A stretch of 63,610 bases of DNA, counting the filler, from Stramenopiles sp. TOSAG23-2 (lineage: Eukaryota), in the NCBI GenBank assembly GCA_900128395.1. It is 6 parts of 6 records of this genome, joined end to end, with 100 filler letters (N's around TTAATTAATTAA, not from the genome) between each part and the next. Parts side by side here need not be neighbours in the genome. Positions count along the whole stretch, not along the records: positions 44,394 to 55,330 come from LT649974.1; 5 more parts are not named here. One strand, written 5' to 3'. The notes under the pieces were generated by a model that worked only from the letters and a program-made list of their open reading frames with translations, did not search any database and had not been told where the DNA came from. The position numbers and the translations under genes were made by a program. Of the stretch, positions 44,867 through 55,430 are shown in pieces (position 1 is the stretch's first letter; the number at the start of each line of letters is the position of its first letter).

Positions 44867-46072
44867 ATGATGGCATATCAATATCTTAGACAATATTTGA
44901 ATCAAGAGATTTCAACAACATGGCCAGTGGAAATACAAAATATTGAAGAATTAATGTTATCGTTGAATTCCAAAAAAAATATGGATGTATTGAATGACAA
45001 AGAACAAATTGTAAATAGTAATACGTCTATTATCTTAGCTGGGAAATGCAATGTTGATATATTTCGCCAGCAAGACAAGATAATTTACCAATCAGCAACT
45101 ACTACGGTATGTAAAGCAAACGTTCTAACTGGAAATTCTTCAACAAATAAAATATGTAAATCAATTAAATGGTCGAACGTTGATGGCAATGAAGAACATC
45201 CACAACAACAAGAAAAGACCGATAATAATAATAACAACAACAATGACAAGATCTATAGCAACATAGCAAAACGAATATGTAACGAAATAAAGACAATACA
45301 AATCTTGGCCAAAACAAAAAAGGAGGATTCCAATATCAAAAGTAATATAATACAATTATTTGATGTATCAATTACCAAAAATAGAAACGATCAGTTGTTA
45401 TATATAAATATGATATATAACGATGCCGGGTTAGATTTACGTAAATTATTAAAGTATCAAAATTTAAAGCAATTTGAACCCAAATTTATTATTTATGTAA
45501 TGAAAAATTTATTCAATGTTTTGACATTTTTGCATGAAAATGGATGGTGTCATCGTGATATTAAACCTGAAAATATATGTTATTCATTACATGACAAAAC
45601 AATTACATTAATTGATTTTGATTTTGCAATTGTATATGATGAGCCAATACGAGAAAATAATAATGGAGAGGAAGAAATTGATATACCGAAAGATGTGAAA
45701 AGATTAAAAGGTGCAGTTGGAACGGCAGGTTTTATACCACCAGAAATGTTTACAAATTCTTATTACAATGGTATGGCTGCAGATATTTGGAGTGCAGGAA
45801 TAACGTTTTTAGAATTACTGCTTCATCAAGAATTATTTGAAAAATATATATTGCAAACATATGCTGCTAACAATATGATGGATATAGATGTATTTAAAAC
45901 GAAAATATATAAAATGTTGAAAAATATCAAGACTTGTATGTCCGAGGAAATATTTCTTACACGAGATATACAAATGTTTATACGAAATATGCTTAAATTG
46001 GATTATAGTAAAAGACCTACAGCAAATGAATTGTATATAGAATTTCAAAAAGATTTTAACTTGTTTGTATGA
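44867..46072 (+). CDS. Atypical Ser/Thr protein kinase
   Basis: HRDIKPEN, LIDFDFA (DFD instead of DFG), GTAGFIPPE, DIWSAG, KRPTA; no Gly-rich loop. Confidence 0.85.
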   Translation: MMAYQYLRQYLNQEISTTWPVEIQNIEELMLSLNSKKNMDVLNDKEQIVNSNTSIILAGKCNVDIFRQQDKIIYQSATTTVCKANVLTGNSSTNKICKSIKWSNVDGNEEHPQQQEKTDNNNNNNNDKIYSNIAKRICNEIKTIQILAKTKKEDSNIKSNIIQLFDVSITKNRNDQLLYINMIYNDAGLDLRKLLKYQNLKQFEPKFIIYVMKNLFNVLTFLHENGWCHRDIKPENICYSLHDKTITLIDFDFAIVYDEPIRENNNGEEEIDIPKDVKRLKGAVGTAGFIPPEMFTNSYYNGMAADIWSAGITFLELLLHQELFEKYILQTYAANNMMDIDVFKTKIYKMLKNIKTCMSEEIFLTRDIQMFIRNMLKLDYSKRPTANELYIEFQKDFNLFV

Positions 46073-46627
46073 GAGAAAGAGGATTTTTTTTATATGATGT
46101 ACATAAAGATATGATACTTTGAAATTTTATATAAAATATATTTTTATTTTATTAAAATATTTTTATAATCAATATTTAAATAATAATATTATAAATTATA
46201 TTTTAATATCATATATTATGAATGCTTCTCAGGGTATTATTTTTTATATGCGATGTGTGGTGTGTGTGTGTGATACTCGAGTGTAGAGATTTTGGACAAA
46301 AAAAATGTACATGCATACGATACATCAATATATTTATATTGCTAAGAGAGAGGGTATTAAAACACAAACATGTAAACACACACGACTAAAATATCATACT
46401 TTTACGTAAAATATACACACATACAAACCACCAAAAAATATGCATATATATGGATTTTGTTTTTAATTAATAATAACACGAGAAGTGTAAAATTATTATT
46501 AACTTATCATAGATTTTAACCATCAAAACTTATATAATAATAAATAATATTATTTAATATAATATTTATTATAAAATAATAAAAATAAAATATTTTTAAA
46601 TATAAATTATCTGTGTACATACATACT

Positions 46628-48261
46628 TCACAGCCGTCCCGCAAAACCTTTATCATCTGCTGCCTGTGTTTGCTCTTCTGCAGCAGCAAATGCCTCTGGA
46701 TAATAATTTGTATAGTACGTACTATAAAATCCAGCATAGTACATTGCATAATATAATTGCGATGGAGCATAATTGCAATATTGACAATACGTTTTATGGT
46801 GAAAGCAATAAAAACAATAATAATCTTGTAACGGGTTATGTGACATGGTGTGTAATAATGTCGGTACAATGGAATGTGTTAAAGATTTACCTAACAACGT
46901 ATTCAACGAATTTGAAGTTTTTCTGGAAATATGTTCTCCCATATCTTGTGTCGCTTTTACCCCAATACTTTGTGATAGTGACGCTGTCAAAGATGTTACT
47001 AGCATTGGTGCTAAATTTTCAGTAATCATGGATGGTACCACTTCATCCAACGCAGCAGTTACCGCTTCAATTATTGAATCTGGTAACTGTTCATGTACTG
47101 CAAGCATAACTTTATTTGGTAACATTCCACCAATCATTGGTGCCAGTATATGTTGAATGGTAGTATGCACATTTTCAGAAATAGCGTCAGGTATATTATC
47201 TGTTACCATATTGGCGACTTGCCCGGCATTACTAACCAAAAAAAATCCCATTAGCGATTCCCATATCATTGTAATGATAGGATTAATAATTTCAGAAACA
47301 GCATCCATAAAATTTCCGACTCCTTGCCATCGCGTTTGTAATTGCATCATATCAGATTCAGACAATTCTGCCAATGACATTAATTTGCCCTTTCTCGTTG
47401 CATTGTGCATTTTAGCTAATAAATACATGTTGCGCAGATTGATTTGCAAACTATTGCTTAAAACATCATTTACACTATTACATTTTTCATCATTACTCTT
47501 TTGCTCACTGGTTAAATAACTTCCAAAAGGTTTCGATGTGCCAACTATCAATTTTTGTTGTGCTTTCTTCCCCTTAGTGAAGCTATTGTTTACTTGGGCA
47601 AGCAACTCAATTTTTGAAAATTTTGGCTGCTCATCTATTGGCAAAAATGTTATCGTGCAATCCTCCAAATCATCTTCATCAAAGTAACTATGTGTAAATC
47701 CGTGTACAACAGAAAAATTTAATATCAAATATGCTTCATATTCTCTCGAAAAATAATTATTACTCATGGAGTTGGAGGTAGAAAAAAGTTGATGAATGTT
47801 TCTCGAACTATTTTTTCGACGATTGATAGGGACTAAATACTTGGGTGGATTTTCTAATATAAAACCTAATCCAGATTCAAAGTCGCGATTTTTTGGGTGT
47901 ATCTCATATGATTCAAAAATTGTTTCGCCACATATTAAACGACTGCTACCAGCTAAACCGGTATTGCTATCGTCCCCTTTGTACTTTATACTTTCGTTAA
48001 ATTGAACGGTGATTGTAGCTGCAGTATAATAGTATGGACGTCTTGGTATACCTTTACATTTTTCTGGACTACCATGGCGACATGATGTTTCCCATTGAAA
48101 ACCGACAGTTTTTGTTGTTATTTTTACGCCTCGAATAGGTAAATAGTTGTCTAAATGATCTAGAGAATCATTAATATTAGCATATATACAAGTAATATTG
48201 ATTACTATTACAATCAAACAACGAAAAAATAGACAATTATTATTATTATTATTATTATACA
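46628..48261 (-). CDS. Uncharacterised, probably secreted protein with Tyr/Cys-rich C-terminus
   Basis: Long ORF; signal-like CLFFRCLIVIVINITCIYA; amphipathic helical region; tail DYYCFYCFHHKTYCQYCNY...YYAMYYAGFYSTYYTNYY; start uncertain. Confidence 0.7.
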
Positions 48262-48599
48262 TGTTATTTCTATCCAAAATATGTTTATACATATATATAT
48301 ATATATATATTATATATACGTAATAAAGTAGAAACACGTTTCTCACTATGAATTATGTTTTGCAAAACAAGTAACTATTGCTTTGAAATATCAATAGACT
48401 GTTGTATATATATATATATATTACTGTATGTATTATTCAAAAGTAGGCATATATATACTTTAGTTATTAGTATCAGTAACTATTATTATTATATTACCTT
48501 TTTTTCCAGGCTTTTTTTCTCATCACCTTTTTTATCACCTCTTTTTTTTTCCTTTCTTTTCCCAGATCTCATCAATTTCTGCCTCTGCTAAGAGGAGAA

Positions 48600-48890
48600 G
48601 AGGAGCGTACCTGGTACACTGGTACACCTGGTACACTGCCTCCTTCATTTTACGAGGCCAGGATTAAGTTGCTATAAATATCTGGTTTCTTTTTTTTAAT
48701 TTTGGGCTGCTGTGACGAGGAGACACCGGCACACAGCATTTACAGTATAGTCTACCAATTAAGCCAGTACTTGTAAGCCTACACACCATACTAGACTATG
48801 CCATCAGCCTGCCCAGCCTGACCACCATGCTGGCATGCCGGGCATGCCAGCCGCCAGCATGCTGGGCATGCCACATGCCTGGCATGCTGA
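48600..48890. promoter_or_regulatory. GpC-rich motif cluster in a divergent promoter
   Basis: CTGGTACA x3 (48611-48637) and seven CATGC, five of them palindromic GCATGC, within 48826-48887. Confidence 0.4.
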
Positions 48891-49279
48891 TATTATGTGT
48901 GGTGTGCAATTTTGCAAACGAACTTTTCTTTATTTACATATACAGCAGTATTAAAATAGACGACTATACCACAGTAGCTATAGCTACCTGGTAATAATAC
49001 ATTGCTGGTTTTGCAATTATTTTTTGATTTGTGAGGCCAACCGAAAATCGATTACAACGCAGATACCATTGCGATCACTACTCGTTCGCGGGTTATATAA
49101 GTCATATACAAAACCACACAAACATATAAAGAAAAGGATTTCTTTCCATCTCAAGAAATATACTCCTACGTACATATATATTAAGAATCACGTGATATAA
49201 AAAGTTACTATATATATAAAAAAGAATATACCATCCCTTGTAAGTTTGTATAATTTATACAAAGTTATTACAACTAAAA

Positions 49280-50065
49280 ATGGGTTTTGTAGATGAAAAT
49301 GATGATGGTGAAATAGATTGTAGAGAAGCAGTGAGAGCTAGTGCAAAGATTGTTTTGTTAATTATTACTACTGCATGGTTATTTATGGGACTGGGTTTGA
49401 TGGTTGTAGGCATTATGGCTATTTCGAATTTTGGTCAATACTCAGGGCTGGTTGAAGCTGAGGTACTATATGTTGTGGTAATTGTTGGAATAGTAATGAT
49501 GCTTGTAACCATTATTGGCTACTGCGGAATCTTTAAGCTAAAGAAAATATTACTAATAATTTATGCCTTAAGTCTGTTTCTTCTTTGCATCGTGATGATA
49601 ATAATAGGTACTTCGCTTCTGGCGTATTTAAGCAATGTTGACGCTTCAAAAAGCAGTTTTAATTCAGCTAGAGAATCGGCAAAACAAAATGAGGAAAGAA
49701 TTCAAAATTTCATCAATTGTTCATATGTAAAATGTTGTCCCAGCGAAGTTCAGAATCTCACAGCAATAGGTAAAAGTGACTGTCTTCCAACTAAATTACC
49801 AACAAAAAAAATTGAAGATGGGGTTTGTTCTAGTTTCAAGAAAGAGAAGCTGGTTAGTCCAACACAGTGTTATAATATAACTATATATAATGACGGCATT
49901 GTAGATCATCTGAAAGAAAATTTGACTCCACTGATGATGTTTATTCTTGTGGTTGCCGGTGTGCAATTAGTTGCATTTTGTATTACAATGGCATTCATAA
50001 TGACTGAAGTTCGAAGTGGCGGTGGTGGAATCCATAGTGGACAAGGTGAAAAACATGAAATTTAG
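49280..50065 (+). CDS. Tetraspanin-family protein
   Basis: 3+1 TM layout, GYCG after TM2, Cys-rich large extracellular loop (CSYVKCCP). Confidence 0.8.
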   Translation: MGFVDENDDGEIDCREAVRASAKIVLLIITTAWLFMGLGLMVVGIMAISNFGQYSGLVEAEVLYVVVIVGIVMMLVTIIGYCGIFKLKKILLIIYALSLFLLCIVMIIIGTSLLAYLSNVDASKSSFNSARESAKQNEERIQNFINCSYVKCCPSEVQNLTAIGKSDCLPTKLPTKKIEDGVCSSFKKEKLVSPTQCYNITIYNDGIVDHLKENLTPLMMFILVVAGVQLVAFCITMAFIMTEVRSGGGGIHSGQGEKHEI

Positions 50066-50685
50066 GGCAGGAGAGAGATGTGTCTTGTCGATACATATAT
50101 ATATATAGTGTAATATAATACGAGTTCGTATATATATATATATTATTATATACGTAATTAAAAATAATACGATATTACGTATAATCTTATTTGGAGAGAG
50201 ATAACATATATATATAATACTCGTATTATAACGAACTTCGTATCATATGAGCATTTTTACACGCTCGGTATGAACTTTCAAAAATATGAATATTTCATAC
50301 AAAACTTCATACGAACCATATTCGAGATCTTTACCCGGATATGATAGTTATCGGCTGTTGTTTACAACTGGATCTTTCACATCGATAGCCTGACCGTTTT
50401 CAAGTGAACCCGACGTCTAGCGCGTTCAACGAGTGCGCAGTGAAGGATAGAAACCTACTTATGCTTGTAGAGGTGCATATAATTTTCTCTGTACTCAATA
50501 TAGCATATAGTATCATAGGATATGATATGATAGAGAATATTATTCTTGCGATTGAGTATTTGAGCATATTACTTATCATAGCACGGGAAGTGTAAAATTA
50601 TTATCATATAATATACGAGTATATAACTTAGATTTTAACCATCATCACACACACAGGCACAAAAAAGAACCATTTTACGAACTTT

Positions 50686-53600
50686 TTATAAATTTAATCG
50701 TCTAGTAGTAGTTGATGAATTTTCATTATAATGTTTTTTTCTTTTATCTACTGTTTTTTTCCTCCAGCTGCCTGTTCTAGCTGCTTTTGCAGCACTTTTG
50801 CCTGCTATATAGTACATTCCCAATGTATCGTTGGAAGGATTTCGAGTCTCCGCTTGTTTTTTTGGAGTTAAACTTTTTCGTTTTTCTGTTATTGTATTTT
50901 TTTTTCTAGTTGCTGTAACAGCTACTTTTACTTTTTGCCGAATTGTATTTTCTTGATCATGAGTGTGTTTATTTTTCCTTGCGTACCCACCAGCACCACC
51001 ACGTGAATGAGCCGTCCTTTCAAAAACCTGTTTTAGTTGATTTCCCCCACCCGCGCTTTTCCTGTCGCGTTTATATCCTGCATTATTTTTGCTTTTTTCA
51101 TGCAAACCAACCCATCCCTTTTCAAGCTCAATTGTATTATCATTTGATTTTTGTTCTTTTTCCAACTTTCTATTTGCTGCCGATTTAGCCGTTGCTTCTT
51201 GTCGTGCCCGTTGTGCCTCCGTTGGTTTTGTTAAACGAGATCCACTCCACATAGTATTTTTATGCTTTTTGATATTTACTTTTGCACTTTTGTTCTCTGT
51301 GACTGTTGCTACTGGCGGGGAAGGTGGTAGTGACTTATTATTACTCGCAAACATGGCACCAGTTATTTCTTCCAGCCCGATCATATCATAACTTTCACCG
51401 AGCTTTTCCTCAGATGATTTATCATCTACATGAATATTGCTTGGTGACGTCGAGTCTGCATTTTTATGACTATCATGTCGTGTTCCCGGCGGTGATAATT
51501 TCTTCTTTGCCTTATTCTTACTATAACTTAATTCACCTTTTAAATACGTAATAGTCTCTTCAAGTTTCTTCACTTTGCTATCCTTCTCAACGAGTCTTCT
51601 TACCAGCTGCTTTACCCGTTCATCTATTAGCTTTTTCTCCTTTTCCATTTCAACAATTTTTTTCTTCGCAATTGCCGTATGAGATTTTTGCATCTGTTGC
51701 ATTGTTTTTAAACTAGCTATGGTTTCCTCAGAAGATCCTGGTGCTGCAACTTTAATATTATCATATACAGTCGTCTTTGCTTTTAAGATGTCGTTGTTGT
51801 TAAAATCAATATCATCATTATCCATTAAAAGGGCACGCGCAACAGCTTCATCTTGCTCCAAAGTGACCTTATTTAAATGTTGTTGAAATTCTGTTCGTTG
51901 TATATCTGTAGCAGTTCTTGATTGTTCTAATTGCGACATTGCTTTATTATATTTATCTCGTGCACGTGTTGCATCTTGCTTTACTACCCAAAGTTTCTTT
52001 TTTTGTGATACGTACATATCAAAAAGAGTTTGCAGTGTTAATCTTACTTCTGATGCATCGCGGACAGATTTCGAAAAATTTTTTGCATACTCCTTTACTT
52101 TTTTATCGTTTCTTTCTATTTTGTCAACCATTTCCTTTAAAATGGTTCTTTCATAATCAATCTTATCCTTACTCTCGCTGATCATTTCCTCCAATTCTTC
52201 CAGAATTTTTTCTTTATCTTCGCTATCTGTTTTTAATATTTTCTTTCGTTCATTTTCCATATGATTTAAATCTTGATTTGAGTCCTCAAGTTTTTGTAAT
52301 TTTCTATCAAGTTCCATATTAGCCTTTTTATGGTTGAATATATACGACGCTTTCTGTTCCAAATTATTCTGAATGTTCAATAATGTTTTTGTTTTATTAC
52401 TATTCGTATCTCGTTGTTTCCTGTTGTTGTTGTTGTTATTAGCATTGTTATTGTTGGCATTTCTTCCACGATTTGTTCCTAATTTTCGCATCGTTAATTT
52501 TCGTATTTTTTTTTGAGCATGATTAATTTGAGTAGCCCTTGCCTTTAACAATTTATCACTTTGCTTTTTTTGCGATGTTAACTGGTTGATTTTATATTGA
52601 TTCTTCGTTGCTACTTTACGCAAACGTGAAATCTCTAGCTGCCGTTTTTTCATTTCATCCCGAAAATCTTTCTGTTTCTTTGCTGCAGTTTTCATTAATC
52701 TTATTTTTTGCTCCTTTAACGTTTCTAATTCTTTACGTGCTTTTTCAACTTGACCATGGTTACCTCGTTTCATATTTGAAAAGTTACGGAATTCTGCTAA
52801 TTTTTTTTGCTGCTTACGTAATATTTTATCTTTCTCATGTAATTTTTTAGCCAATGCTTGTTTCACTTCTTTTTGTTTTTCTGTTGCAGCATTTTCTAAA
52901 CTTTCCATTTCATGTAAAAGTTGATCACGTTCATTCTCAGTTTGTTTTACTTGTGAATCTAATTGCAACATTTTCTCTGTGTAAAATTTCTTCATGTTTT
53001 CAAATTTTACGTTTCCTTCTTCAATTTGTTTGATTAAATCTTCTTTCATTTTGATACCGGCTTCTATGTCAGCAACATTTCTTTCAAGGTCGTGTTGATT
53101 TTCTTGGAAACTACTTTCAAGTTCTTTCGTTTCTTCGTCCTCCTCCTCCTCATCCCCTTCGTCGTCCATAGCAATATCATCAATGGGCATGTTGTTAGTA
53201 TCATCTTTTGGATCGCTACTTGTTTCATTCACTGCTGCATTTTTTCGTAATTGCAATGCTGCTTGTTCCTCTGCTAATTGCACTTTTGCTCGTTTCAATA
53301 TATCGTTATCTACAGTCCAACTTGGTGAGCATAAACTATCACGACGTCTGTAACCATTTTTTCTAGCACTGCCATATGCGCCAACTGGTGTACTAACAAA
53401 ATCATATGAAGCCCTTCTGTTCTCTTTTTTTACCGCTTCTAGCTGTTTCCTCAATTGATTGATTAACGTTTGATTCTCAATCAAAACATTATAATTTTTA
53501 TCATCTTTAACATCTTTTACTTCAATACCTGCATCCACTAATTGTTGTCTCATAGCATCTCGTTCTGCCAAGGCAGCAATTTTTTCATCGTTACTTGTAC

Positions 53601-55050
53601 TTAATTTTTGTTTCGTCTCTTTCAAAATTTTTGTCACTCGTTGTAATTCGCCATCTAACTCACCGACACGTTGAAACAGATTATTGCTACCATTACGACT
53701 TTCATTTGGAGTGACACTTATAGGAGAATCGATATTTTCAAACAATTCCTTCAAATTTACAATTTTGCCACCTTTATTTACTAATGCTAATTTTAAAATT
53801 TCAATTTGATTTTTTAATTTTGCAATTTGTGCTGAATGTGCATCACGATTGATAATAGCTTTATTTTGTATGTTCCGAGCACGATTTGCATATTTTAAAG
53901 TCGATAACGTTTCTGAGAAATTCGTATCAGCTGGGGATACACATGCAATCATCAATGTCTTGCTATTACCACCTAGAGAATCTTGTAACATTCGTGTTAA
54001 AATTGAATCACGATATGGTACATGTTGTCCACGTTTCTTTGGATCTCCAAGTGCTGATATTACATTACCCAATGCCAATAAACCAACATTAATATTTATT
54101 CCCTCTTTCAATCTTTGCCCAACTGCACCGGTTTTTTTAGCCCGTTCGCTACCAGCTAAATCAACAAAATGAAATTTTGATGATCGTACCTCAGAGTGAC
54201 TACTATTGGTATTGTTAATTAATAAATTACTATTATTATTGTTGTTTTTTTCTTCCTCCTCTTCTTCTTTTATTTGATTGTTATTATTATTGTTGCTATT
54301 TACAATGGTTTGACGTTGTTCAAGAAATAATGTAAATATTGCATGTGATCTAGATGAATGAGCATTCATCAATGTACTACCTGTTGTCCTACACATGCTA
54401 CCACGCTCTAAACAACGCATCATGTCTTCTTCACTATTTACACTTTCTGTTTTACATCCTACGGCAGCTATTTGACCATTTTGTAAAGTTCGTAAATGAA
54501 TGCCATGTTCACCGTTTCCACTGCCTACTGGATCTAATAAATCCCTCATATCTTCCCCATATATTTCCATAAATTCCACACGTACAGAAAATTCTATTTC
54601 CGGGGTATCTTTTTTTATTTGCTCGATTCTCTTAAAAATATCTGCCGCGACAGTTGGTATTAATCCCATTTCTTCCTTTCGTATACCTATATTATTTCCA
54701 CTTCCCATAGTAAAAGTTTTTCCACTACCAGTTTGACCATATGCAAATATAGTTGCGTTGTATCCATCAAAAGCTGCATCTACTAAAGATTTTACACTAC
54801 CATTATACACGTCTCTTTGTTTTGAAGATGGCCCATACACTTGATCGTACGTAAAACATCGTTTTTTCCCCATCAATACTTGTGGTCTTGATTTATCTGG
54901 TATTCCAATACATTCATGACTGCGTTCAATTTTTTCTTTTCCAATTAAAGGTCGTATACGTAATGCAACACGCACACATTCGGCATCTTTTGTCGACGTT
55001 GCGTCTGATGATGATGATGGTATATTTACATTCTCAGCGATAGATGCCAT
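50686..55050 (-). CDS. Kinesin-4 family motor (KIF4/KIF21/KIF27-like)
   Basis: AYGQTGSGKTFTMG, NAHSSRSHAIF, FHFVDLAGSER, GLLALGNVISALGD, HVPYRDS, TLKYANRARNI, long coiled coil. Confidence 0.92.
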   Translation of the reverse strand: MASIAENVNIPSSSSDATSTKDAECVRVALRIRPLIGKEKIERSHECIGIPDKSRPQVLMGKKRCFTYDQVYGPSSKQRDVYNGSVKSLVDAAFDGYNATIFAYGQTGSGKTFTMGSGNNIGIRKEEMGLIPTVAADIFKRIEQIKKDTPEIEFSVRVEFMEIYGEDMRDLLDPVGSGNGEHGIHLRTLQNGQIAAVGCKTESVNSEEDMMRCLERGSMCRTTGSTLMNAHSSRSHAIFTLFLEQRQTIVNSNNNNNNQIKEEEEEEKNNNNNSNLLINNTNSSHSEVRSSKFHFVDLAGSERAKKTGAVGQRLKEGININVGLLALGNVISALGDPKKRGQHVPYRDSILTRMLQDSLGGNSKTLMIACVSPADTNFSETLSTLKYANRARNIQNKAIINRDAHSAQIAKLKNQIEILKLALVNKGGKIVNLKELFENIDSPISVTPNESRNGSNNLFQRVGELDGELQRVTKILKETKQKLSTSNDEKIAALAERDAMRQQLVDAGIEVKDVKDDKNYNVLIENQTLINQLRKQLEAVKKENRRASYDFVSTPVGAYGSARKNGYRRRDSLCSPSWTVDNDILKRAKVQLAEEQAALQLRKNAAVNETSSDPKDDTNNMPIDDIAMDDEGDEEEEDEETKELESSFQENQHDLERNVADIEAGIKMKEDLIKQIEEGNVKFENMKKFYTEKMLQLDSQVKQTENERDQLLHEMESLENAATEKQKEVKQALAKKLHEKDKILRKQQKKLAEFRNFSNMKRGNHGQVEKARKELETLKEQKIRLMKTAAKKQKDFRDEMKKRQLEISRLRKVATKNQYKINQLTSQKKQSDKLLKARATQINHAQKKIRKLTMRKLGTNRGRNANNNNANNNNNNRKQRDTNSNKTKTLLNIQNNLEQKASYIFNHKKANMELDRKLQKLEDSNQDLNHMENERKKILKTDSEDKEKILEELEEMISESKDKIDYERTILKEMVDKIERNDKKVKEYAKNFSKSVRDASEVRLTLQTLFDMYVSQKKKLWVVKQDATRARDKYNKAMSQLEQSRTATDIQRTEFQQHLNKVTLEQDEAVARALLMDNDDIDFNNNDILKAKTTVYDNIKVAAPGSSEETIASLKTMQQMQKSHTAIAKKKIVEMEKEKKLIDERVKQLVRRLVEKDSKVKKLEETITYLKGELSYSKNKAKKKLSPPGTRHDSHKNADSTSPSNIHVDDKSSEEKLGESYDMIGLEEITGAMFASNNKSLPPSPPVATVTENKSAKVNIKKHKNTMWSGSRLTKPTEAQRARQEATAKSAANRKLEKEQKSNDNTIELEKGWVGLHEKSKNNAGYKRDRKSAGGGNQLKQVFERTAHSRGGAGGYARKNKHTHDQENTIRQKVKVAVTATRKKNTITEKRKSLTPKKQAETRNPSNDTLGMYYIAGKSAAKAARTGSWRKKTVDKRKKHYNENSSTTTRRLNL

Positions 55051-55430
55051 TGTTCGTATTAATTTGTTTTGTTTGTTTTTTTCTGTTAATGATGCTATGG
55101 AATGAATTACTAATGTATTAACAATCGTATATGGTTGAAAGGAGTTTTGCTATTTTTTGTATTGTGATTTCTATGAATTATTTTTTTTTTATTATTGTTG
55201 TTTTTTTTTCTCGAGTTGTAACGTCCACATGGACATCATCTGCCAGCTGGGCCAGCCCAGTCAATTTTTTTTAGAGAACGATACGTTAGCATGGAATAGC
55301 ATTGAGGTCCAAAATAAAGTATCGTTATGTNNNNNNNNNNNNNNNNNNNNNNNNNNNNNNNNNNNNNNNNNNNNTTAATTAATTAANNNNNNNNNNNNNN
55401 NNNNNNNNNNNNNNNNNNNNNNNNNNNNNN

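Noticed and set aside
50231..50243. AACTTCGTAT (and ATACGAAGTT at 1331-1340) match 10 of 13 bases of a loxP arm
   Set aside because: No paired inverted arm across an 8-bp spacer and no recombinase in the window; better explained by the ACGAA-N-TTCGT motif.
302..55050. Possible alternative genetic code
   Set aside because: Conserved proteins translate fully with the standard code, and TAA, TAG and TGA all occur as terminators.
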